Below are positions 1 through 5,564 of a stretch of DNA of 31,591 nucleotides, piece after piece. Numbering within the stretch: the stretch's first letter is position 1; each line of letters opens with the position of its first letter. The notes under the pieces are model-generated. The model was not told the origin of the DNA, ran no database searches, and saw only the letters and a list, made by a program, of their open reading frames with translations. The DNA lies in the IMG/VR virus record IMGVR_UViG_3300032087_001284, positions 1-31,591 of that record; one strand, given 5' to 3'. The DNA comes from a virus. The translations under genes and the position numbers were made by a program.

Positions 1-91
1 CCAAAAAACAATGTAACGGAAAAGAAACGTTACAAGCCTGTTACTGTAACGGCCCAAGATACAGATACAGATACAGATACAGATACAGAAA
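1..91. repeat. Terminal direct repeat, left copy (identical to 31501..31591); genome-closure overlap
   Basis: Read directly: bases 1-91 equal bases 31501-31591. The ORF starting at 31168 continues in frame through the repeat into 92..375. This fits a circular or terminally redundant genome of 31,500 unique bp. The sequence alone cannot tell a true DTR from an assembly overlap. Confidence 0.95.
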
Positions 92-375
92 AGAAAAAGA
101 TAAAAGAAATCTATCAGCGCGTGGCCGCGCTTGGGGTAGACAGACAATTATGGAATGAATTTTTGAAAACTAGAGTTAAACTGAAGGCGAACAATACGGC
201 TCGCGCATTGGCTACTTTAGCCAGTCGAGCTGAAGAGTACGCCCAAAACGGGGAAGATGTTAAAACATTATTTGAGGAGGCAAATAGCAATGGATGGAAA
301 ACAATATACGAGCGGAAGAATCGTCAACAACGCCGTCACAGCGCAACGAAGATCGCAACCAGCACAGATTGGTGA
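1..375 (+). CDS. Replication initiator (lambda O-like), C-terminal part of the wrap-around gene
   Basis: Frame 1 is open from base 1 to TGA 373-375. ORF-track entry 121..375 is the tail of this frame. It encodes a (DT)5 linker, a K-rich stretch, then LWNEFLKTRVKLKANNTARALATLASRAEEYAQNGEDVKTLFEEANSNGWKTIY. Confidence 0.6.
   Translation, partial: PKNNVTEKKRYKPVTVTAQDTDTDTDTDTEKKKIKEIYQRVAALGVDRQLWNEFLKTRVKLKANNTARALATLASRAEEYAQNGEDVKTLFEEANSNGWKTIYERKNRQQRRHSATKIATSTDW
12..110. promoter_or_regulatory. Putative replication origin inside the initiator gene (second copy 31512..31591 plus junction)
   Basis: TGTAACGG at 12-19 and 45-52, its complement CGTTACA at 28-34, and GTTAC at 40-44. Then (GATACA)x5 at 58-87 and the A-rich tract GAAAAGAAAAAGATAAAAGAAAT at 88-110. 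Repeats followed by an AT-rich tract inside the initiator gene mirror lambda ori within gene O. Confidence 0.4.
58..87 (+). repeat. Hexanucleotide tandem repeat (GATACA)x5, encoding (DT)5; duplicated at 31558..31587
   Basis: Five perfect head-to-tail GATACA units, read directly. Confidence 0.95.
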
Positions 376-781
376 GGATTTAGACAAGAGCTATATCAAT
401 CAACTTTTTGGAGTGATGCGGTTAAATTACCCGTCATTTTTAAATGACACCTCCGACGAGGATATAGCTTCGACCAAGAAGTTGTGGTGGTCATACCTAA
501 AGCATTACGATCAGGCATTAGTTCACAAAGCCACTTTAAAGGTTGTCGAGAAGTTCAAGAAGTTCGCGCCGACCTTGGGTGAGTTTAAGGAAATGCTCGA
601 AGATATAAAGCTAGAGCCAGCGCACAGGCCAAGCAGAGACACTACGGTTTGTCAGGTCTGCCGATCTTTTACTTTTACGCAGTATCATCAAGACATTTGT
701 ATAACCGGCGTTAAGTCGATTTACGAGGTAACAGACGAGCAAATTGCGGAAGCTAAAAAAATGTTTGCGGGGCTTAGATGA
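257..781 (+). CDS. Lambda P-like replication protein (helicase loader candidate)
   Basis: YINQLFGVMRLNYPSFLNDTSDEDIASTKKLWWSYL...KKFAPTLGEFKEML aligns by eye with lambda P INGVFSQLLATFPASL...RRQWVLAF...RPFLPSPGQFVAW. The start is uncertain. ATG 257 or ATG 290 overlaps the initiator 3' end. ATG 416 is the first ATG after its stop but would remove the conserved INQLF segment. ATGA overlap with the next gene at 778-781. Confidence 0.6.
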   Translation: MLKHYLRRQIAMDGKQYTSGRIVNNAVTAQRRSQPAQIGEDLDKSYINQLFGVMRLNYPSFLNDTSDEDIASTKKLWWSYLKHYDQALVHKATLKVVEKFKKFAPTLGEFKEMLEDIKLEPAHRPSRDTTVCQVCRSFTFTQYHQDICITGVKSIYEVTDEQIAEAKKMFAGLR

Positions 782-1308
782 GAAAGAAGCCTATTGATCT
801 CACTAGAGAGCGCCTGAGAGCATTAGCATCACAAGCAAACGTTGGACCATTACTAGCGTCAGAAATTCATCTGGTGCTAAGAGATAGCTCTGGCAAAAAC
901 AGCCTTTTTAAATTGCTGCAAGATACTGAGCTGGAATACCCGATCGATGTTCTTATCAAAAGAGCAACCAAAGATCGCACATCTGCACAAAATAACACCC
1001 AGCATCAATGGTACAAAGACGCAGAAGCGCAAGGAGACCAAAAGGCGTGGGAATACAGAGCCTACTGTAAGCTGCACTTTGGTGTGCCTATTATGCGGCG
1101 AGACAGTTTAGCGTACAGACAAAAGTACGATAAAATTTTAAAAAAACTGTCGTATGAAGATAAGTTGATAATGATGGCAGAGCCTCAGGCTTATCCAGTT
1201 ACCTCAGCGATGAACGTCGCACAAAAGAGCGCATTTTTAGAAGAAGTTAGAAATCACTTCGAAGAGCTTGGTTTTTTGCTGACAGATCCAAAAGACTGGG
1301 ACAAATAG
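778..1308 (+). CDS. ninB: NinB/Orf-like recombination mediator (candidate)
   Basis: RTSAQNNTQHQWYKD and PVTSAMNVAQKSAFLEEVRNHFEELGF resemble lambda NinB RSLDQNRKLWACL and STSRMRVGEFAELLELIQAFG. It lies immediately upstream of NinG, as in lambdoid nin regions. Confidence 0.55.
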   Translation: MRKKPIDLTRERLRALASQANVGPLLASEIHLVLRDSSGKNSLFKLLQDTELEYPIDVLIKRATKDRTSAQNNTQHQWYKDAEAQGDQKAWEYRAYCKLHFGVPIMRRDSLAYRQKYDKILKKLSYEDKLIMMAEPQAYPVTSAMNVAQKSAFLEEVRNHFEELGFLLTDPKDWDK

Positions 1309-1854
1309 ATGCCAAAAAGATGCAAGATCTGCAAAGAGCCATTTGTGCCAACTTTCAGCACCTTCCAAAAGACTTGCAACAACGTCGAGTGCTTAGTTGA
1401 CTTTGGTAGGGCAGAGGCACAGAGGCTAAACAAACGAGAGATTAGGCAAGCAAAGAAAAAAGCGAGGGAAAAAGACCGAGGCTATTGGATTAAGAGAGTA
1501 CAAACCGAGTTTAACAAGCACATACGTCAGAGGGATCACAAAGACCCTTGTATAAGCTGCCAGAGGCATCATCAAGGACAATATCATGCTGGCCACTATA
1601 TGAGCGTGGGCGGTCATTCTGCAATTTTAAGATTTGACGAGCAAAACACGCACAAACAATGCAGCGTCTGCAACAATCACAAAAGTGGCAATTTGGCAGA
1701 ATATCGGCCAAACTTAATCAAGAAGATAGGTTTGGAGGCAGTGGAGAGGCTAGAGGGGCCGCAAGATCCAAAGAAATACACAATCGACGAGCTGAAAGAT
1801 TTGCTGTCGGTTTATCAGGCGAAAAACAAAGAATGGGCCAAGTGTCAATCTTAG
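1309..1854 (+). CDS. ninG: NinG/Rap-family recombination endonuclease
   Basis: CKICKEPF...YWIKRVQTEFNKHIRQRD...PCISC...GQYHAGHY...LRFDEQNTHKQCSVCNNHKSGNLAEYRPNLIKKIGLEAVE closely tracks lambda NinG (CKICKEWF...SYWIKQAQQAVNAFIRERD...PCISC...WDAGHY...[23 protein letters not shown]). Confidence 0.85.
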   Translation: MPKRCKICKEPFVPTFSTFQKTCNNVECLVDFGRAEAQRLNKREIRQAKKKAREKDRGYWIKRVQTEFNKHIRQRDHKDPCISCQRHHQGQYHAGHYMSVGGHSAILRFDEQNTHKQCSVCNNHKSGNLAEYRPNLIKKIGLEAVERLEGPQDPKKYTIDELKDLLSVYQAKNKEWAKCQS

Positions 1855-2084
1855 ATCGAAACGCTGAAGAGGTACGCGAAACCTTGCGCGATCTTTTAGA
1901 AGCGTGTGAAGCTGGAGATGTAAGCGGAGCAATTATCGTGATCGAGCGTCAAGATGGGTTCGATTTGCAAATGCCTGGCACCTTTTCCACAGACCCAGAT
2001 AGCCTTGCGAGCATTATTGGACGCTTGCAAGTAGCGTCAAATGTTTTTGCCCATATGGTTTGGTCAGAAGAAGATGACGAGTAA
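1833..2084 (+). CDS. Hypothetical protein (83 aa)
   Basis: ATG 1833 is in frame within ORF-track 1659..2084, whose upstream part overlaps NinG. It has the coding look of an acidic small protein. Its end overlaps the next gene start by 11 nt. Confidence 0.5.
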   Translation: MGQVSILDRNAEEVRETLRDLLEACEAGDVSGAIIVIERQDGFDLQMPGTFSTDPDSLASIIGRLQVASNVFAHMVWSEEDDE

Positions 2085-3249
2085 AAGTGTCCCTGAGCAT
2101 TTAGAATATTGCAACACCGATTATCAGACACAGGTAATCGAAATGCACATCAGCGGGATGTCTCAAGCCGAGATTGCTAATCAACTGGGCAAAGAGCCTA
2201 GACGCATTTGTGAGGTTATCGGTAAGGTACACAAGAGAGCAAGTCGCAAGGGATTTGCACCCGATTACAATCTCAACAGACAGGTAGCGCCAGGATTTAC
2301 AACCAAGCGGGTCTCAACTGCTTACAACATGGACAACGAGATTGTCCTGCAATGGCACATTCAAGAGCCTGACCGAGAAAAACTAGAAGAACTGATAGCC
2401 GAATTCGTCGAAGGATTTAAAGATGAAGTCACCGGAATCCACGCTCCCACAGACGCGCCTACAGGCACTGATAACGATCTTATGGTTAGCTACATTATTG
2501 GGGATCATCACCTTGGGATGCTTGCTCACCACAGCGAGACGATGGGCGACGACTACGACGTTAAAATTAGCCAAACGCTTTTAGAAAATGCGATAGACCG
2601 ACTGGTAAGCTCTGCGCCAGCGGGAGAGGTTGGGGTGCTGGTTAATCTTGGCGATTTTATGCACATTAACGACAGCACAAGCTCAACGCCTAGCTCTAAA
2701 AACCTGCTGGATTCGGACGGCAGATACTCAAAGACCATTCGCGCAGCCAGCAACGTGATAAAGCGTACCGTTTTACGTATGCTTGAGAAGCATAATCACG
2801 TGTGGATCGTGAACGTAAGGGGAAATCATGACCCTGACGCTGCGCTTTGGTTAAATGAGGTTATGCGCCTGTACTTTGAGGAAGACCCAAGGGTCAAGGT
2901 ATTTGATAACGCTTCCAAGTTTGTTTGGTGGCAATGGGGCAAGAATCTAGTTGTGACCCATCATGGAGATCGGATTAAAATGTCTAATCTTCACGGATCA
3001 ATCGTTAGTAACTTGAGGAAAGAATGGGGCGAATCCGATCACACCTACGTGTGGACAGGTCACATCCACCACAAGAATCAGGAGGAATATGGGGGAGCAT
3101 TGTTCGAGTCTTGGAACATCCTAGCACCCGCAGACGCTTGGCACGCTGGCTCTGGCTATGCCAGTTCTCGGAGTATGACTTGCGTAATCCTCCACAAATC
3201 GTTCGGAGAGCAAGGAAGATTAAAGGCAAACATTCAGGAGTTAGTATGA
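2074..3249 (+). CDS. HTH domain fused to a calcineurin-like metallophosphoesterase (Mre11/SbcD-like motif set)
   Basis: The N-terminal ISGMSQAEIANQLGKEPRRICEVIGKVHKRA is HTH-like. The C-terminal half has ordered phosphoesterase motifs IGDHHLG, NLGDFMH, RGNHDP, THHGD and TGHIHH. ATG 2074 was chosen over 2041 because it removes most of the overlap with the upstream ORF. Confidence 0.65.
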   Translation: MTSKSVPEHLEYCNTDYQTQVIEMHISGMSQAEIANQLGKEPRRICEVIGKVHKRASRKGFAPDYNLNRQVAPGFTTKRVSTAYNMDNEIVLQWHIQEPDREKLEELIAEFVEGFKDEVTGIHAPTDAPTGTDNDLMVSYIIGDHHLGMLAHHSETMGDDYDVKISQTLLENAIDRLVSSAPAGEVGVLVNLGDFMHINDSTSSTPSSKNLLDSDGRYSKTIRAASNVIKRTVLRMLEKHNHVWIVNVRGNHDPDAALWLNEVMRLYFEEDPRVKVFDNASKFVWWQWGKNLVVTHHGDRIKMSNLHGSIVSNLRKEWGESDHTYVWTGHIHHKNQEEYGGALFESWNILAPADAWHAGSGYASSRSMTCVILHKSFGEQGRLKANIQELV

Positions 3250-3470
3250 GCGCAATGGACCGGCAAGTTTCTGGTAGCCATTACAAAACCATGATGATTC
3301 AACCTTTGGAATACGCGCTTGCTAACGACCTAGGTATCTGTGAACACGCGGTGGTAAAGTACATTTCTAGGTGGCGGGATAAAGGCGGGGTAGAGGATCT
3401 CAGAAAAGCAGCACATTACATCGAGATCCTCATAGAAAGAGAAACAGCCTTGGACGATAACGTCAGTTAG
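3246..3470 (+). CDS. DUF3310-family phage protein
   Basis: SGSHYKTMMIQPLEYALANDLGICEHAVVKYISRWRDKGGVEDLRKAAHYIEILI matches the remembered DUF3310 pattern (HY...iE.i.....f..gn..KY..R...K....DL.KA.hY). ATGA overlap with the upstream gene at 3246-3249. Confidence 0.7.
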   Translation: MSAMDRQVSGSHYKTMMIQPLEYALANDLGICEHAVVKYISRWRDKGGVEDLRKAAHYIEILIERETALDDNVS

Positions 3471-3598
3471 GCATTTCAGACTGTAATCGATCCAGCAGCC
3501 TGATAACGTCTGAAACTTCCATGTCATCACACGGATCAAGGTTATCGTAAGTCTCCCGCACTTTGACAAGCGCAAGTAAGGCCAACAAAAGCTCATTT

Positions 3599-3928
3599 TT
3601 AGTAGGTTTCATTTTCCTCTCCTAATGTTTCACGTGAAACGTTGTGGTAACTATCTCTGCGGCTGCGAGTTTGAAAGAAACCATCATGCTCGGGGTAGCA
3701 GATCATAAACTTTCTGGCGTAATGACTAATCCAACCGTCATCGATCTTGTAAGAGTCATCTTTGCCTGAGACCATCGTTTCCCATCTGACCCGATGAAAA
3801 ACAGCCTTGGCCGAATAGTAGCGTTTGTGGCGGGTAGCAATTAATGCGAAGTGCGCGAAAGTCGTAAAGATGTCTGGATTTTCACGGTCAAATTGCTCGA
3901 AATTCTCTTTGCTCCATTTCCCGTTCAT
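3599..3928 (-). CDS. Conserved-looking phage protein of unknown function, last gene of the methyltransferase operon
   Basis: ATG at 3928 forms an ATGA overlap with the MTase stop (3925-3927). The ORF track extends it to 3946. Sequence: WSKENFEQFDRENPDIFTTFAHFAL...VFHRVRWE...ISHYARKF. Confidence 0.6.
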   Translation of the reverse strand: MNGKWSKENFEQFDRENPDIFTTFAHFALIATRHKRYYSAKAVFHRVRWETMVSGKDDSYKIDDGWISHYARKFMICYPEHDGFFQTRSRRDSYHNVSRETLGEENETY

Positions 3929-4800
3929 CGGTTTTCTATCTCCCAAATTGCTTTTCCGATTTGCTCAACTACTTGAGGCACTACCGCATTGCCTAATTGT
4001 TTAAGTCTGTGTGACCTTCTGGGAACCCCATTAGCCACTCTACCCACGTTGGGTTCAGGCTTCCACCAGCTTGAGCTGCCAATGTCGGTGTATTGCGATT
4101 GTGTTCTGAAGGAGCGGCTGTCTCTTTGGCATTGTGAGCCGTTGGTGTAGGCCACATTTTCACTTGATCCTGCAACCGTATCTGTATCTTCTGACCACTT
4201 GCTCTTGTTGTCTTGCCTTCTAGTAATGCTTTCGGAGTCCCGCTTTGGCTCGCATTTGGAGTTCTCCACCATCCGCTGTTCATGCTTGGAGCCATTTGAT
4301 TCGCTGTCGCTGTTGGCGTGTGCAATAATCCAGACTCGATCCCTTCTGTGGTGAGCATCGACGGCACAAGCTGGAATAACAAACGGCCTTGTGGTGTAGC
4401 CCGCTGCTTCCAAGTCAATGAGCACTTCGTCGAGGCCCATATTGATGTGCCCAGCAACATTTTCTCCAATGACCCAATCGGGCCTGAGTTCTTGGATAAG
4501 CCTAAACATTTCAGGCCAGAGGTGACGGTCATCTTCTGCGCCACGCCGTTCTCCTGCAACGCTGAAGGGTTGGCAAGGGTATCCTCCGCAAATAAGTCCG
4601 ATGTCATGTATTCCATTATCTAGGAGCTCCTGTTTGTTTAGCGTTCTAACGTCAGAAAAAATAGGCACTTCAGGCCAATTTTTTTTTAACACTTTCTGCG
4701 CTTCTTTGTCGTATTCACAGAAAGCGGCTGTTTCAAATCCAGCAGCCTCCAGGCCTAAACTGAATCCACCAATACCAGAAAATAAGTCTAGCACCCTCAT
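3925..4800 (-). CDS. DNA (cytosine-5)-methyltransferase
   Basis: Motif I DLFSGIGGFS, IV GGYPCQPFS, VI IGENV, VIII HHRRDRVWI, X LGNAVVPQ. The segment between VIII and X is hydrophilic and low-complexity. See the finding on the nested +1 ORF. Confidence 0.85.
   Translation of the reverse strand: MRVLDLFSGIGGFSLGLEAAGFETAAFCEYDKEAQKVLKKNWPEVPIFSDVRTLNKQELLDNGIHDIGLICGGYPCQPFSVAGERRGAEDDRHLWPEMFRLIQELRPDWVIGENVAGHINMGLDEVLIDLEAAGYTTRPFVIPACAVDAHHRRDRVWIIAHANSDSESNGSKHEQRMVENSKCEPKRDSESITRRQDNKSKWSEDTDTVAGSSENVAYTNGSQCQRDSRSFRTQSQYTDIGSSSWWKPEPNVGRVANGVPRRSHRLKQLGNAVVPQVVEQIGKAIWEIENR
3993..4616 (-). CDS. Nested +1-frame ORF inside the methyltransferase gene (TRD / motif-IX-like translation)
   Basis: 207 codons open on the same strand, entirely within 3925..4800. 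The translation contains KMTVTSGLKC, CSLTWKQRATPQGRLLFQLVPS, GLLHTPTA, MWPTPTA and LNPTWVEWLMGFPEGHT. I recall these strings from long phage C5-MTases. Whether and how it is expressed is unknown. Confidence 0.45.
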   Translation of the reverse strand: MEYMTSDLFAEDTLANPSALQENGVAQKMTVTSGLKCLGLSKNSGPIGSLEKMLLGTSIWASTKCSLTWKQRATPQGRLLFQLVPSMLTTEGIESGLLHTPTATANQMAPSMNSGWWRTPNASQSGTPKALLEGKTTRASGQKIQIRLQDQVKMWPTPTAHNAKETAAPSEHNRNTPTLAAQAGGSLNPTWVEWLMGFPEGHTDLNN

Positions 4801-4973
4801 TCGCCAGCCTGGCAGTCAGGTTTAAGATTCTTGTAATCAGGCCAAAAACCAGAACAGACGTTGTACGTATATTCACCGTCTATCATGGTTTGGTGCTCAA
4901 AGTCTTGGCTAGACACAAGCAATACAAGCAAAAAAACAATTAGGCCAATACCGATTTTAGTAATCCGATTCAT
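4797..4973 (-). CDS. Small membrane-anchored protein (58 aa; below the ORF-track size cut-off)
   Basis: Hand translation: MNRITKIGIGLIVFLLVLLVSSQDFEHQTMIDGEYTYNVCSGFWPDYKNLKPDCQAGE. ATGA overlaps at both ends (4970-4973 with the upstream gene, 4797-4800 with the MTase start). Confidence 0.55.
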   Translation of the reverse strand: MNRITKIGIGLIVFLLVLLVSSQDFEHQTMIDGEYTYNVCSGFWPDYKNLKPDCQAGE

Positions 4974-5161
4974 AAAAACCCCTTTTCAGTGTTTGAAAGT
5001 GCAACCTGTTTAGCCAGCTCAACCTCTTCTACCTCCCATTTTTCCGCAAGGTGCTTTGCTGTTTCATTGAAGCTGTTTTTGCGAAGTTTCTTAGGAGTAG
5101 AAATCCACAGCTGTAAAACGTGGACTAATGAGTCAAAATTCTCTGAATGGTGGTGAGCCAT
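4970..5161 (-). CDS. Hypothetical protein (63 aa)
   Basis: ORF-track entry. An AAGGGAAG RBS lies upstream of ATG 5161. Its stop overlaps the next start (ATGA). Confidence 0.55.
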   Translation of the reverse strand: MAHHHSENFDSLVHVLQLWISTPKKLRKNSFNETAKHLAEKWEVEEVELAKQVALSNTEKGFL

Positions 5162-5178
5162 GTTCTTCCCTTTTATGT

Positions 5179-5427
5179 TTATGAAAGATAGCTTTTTAAT
5201 TTCATGCCTATGCGCGGACGAATTTGCTCAATTGCTTCATCAAGCATTGACTGTGACGATAGACCAATTGCATCGTTCATCTCCCATGTAAGCCATTCAG
5301 CATCCTCAACATCATCGCAGAAAAAACAGCCTTTAAAGCCATCTGCCATTGTAAGAACAACGCCTAATTTGCATTGCTCCGCGAGGGCAATACTTTGAAT
5401 TTGAATTGATGCAGTTGCTTCTTTCAT
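5179..5427 (-). CDS. Hypothetical protein (82 aa), first gene of the leftward MTase operon
   Basis: The internal ATG at 5427 is preceded by AAGGGAAAAAAG. The longer ORF-track start at 5475 lies upstream of the predicted -10 element (5465-5470), so it is unlikely to be used. Confidence 0.55.
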   Translation of the reverse strand: MKEATASIQIQSIALAEQCKLGVVLTMADGFKGCFFCDDVEDAEWLTWEMNDAIGLSSQSMLDEAIEQIRPRIGMKLKSYLS

Positions 5428-5464
5428 CTTTTTTCCCTTTTTATTTATTGTTGAAACACTGTTT

Positions 5465-5492
5465 ATTCTAATCATCTTGCAATGATTGTCAA
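5465..5492 (-). promoter_or_regulatory. Sigma-70-type promoter for the leftward MTase operon, with a palindromic operator in the spacer
   Basis: The minus strand reads TTGACA (5492-5487), a 16-nt spacer, then TAGAAT (5470-5465). The spacer holds the inverted repeat AATCAT-N6-ATGATT (5470-5487). Confidence 0.55.
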
Positions 5493-5500
5493 CAAAACTT

Positions 5501-5527
5501 TTGACATAAACATAACATTAATAAAAT
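5501..5527 (+). promoter_or_regulatory. Possible rightward promoter upstream of the late operon
   Basis: TTGACA 5501-5506 and TAAAAT 5522-5527, but the spacer is only 15 nt, so this is a weak call. Confidence 0.25.
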
Positions 5528-5564
5528 GGGATATACTTGCTTAGTTTCAAAGAGAAATTGACCG

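Noticed and set aside
58-87. (GATACA)x5 as a CRISPR-like or spacer-repeat array
   Set aside because: These are contiguous 6-bp units with no spacers, lying inside a coding region. It is a microsatellite or iteron-type repeat, not a CRISPR array.
877-2131. Minus-strand and alternative-frame ORFs within NinB, NinG and the 83-aa gene (877..1077, 1426..1617, 1511..1711, 1750..1932, 1949..2131)
   Set aside because: They lie opposite or out of frame to genes with strong family matches, and their translations are hydrophobic or Cys-rich.
3481-3522. Inverted repeat TTTCAGAC...GTCTGAAA between the convergent operons, as a possible terminator
   Set aside because: An 8-bp AT-rich stem with a roughly 26-nt loop and no flanking U-tract. 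Too weak to call.
3330-3596. 88-codon minus-strand ORF in the convergent gap after DUF3310
   Set aside because: It overlaps the well-supported DUF3310 gene by 140 nt on the opposite strand. The translation is Cys/Trp/Phe-rich and looks non-protein-like. There is no RBS.
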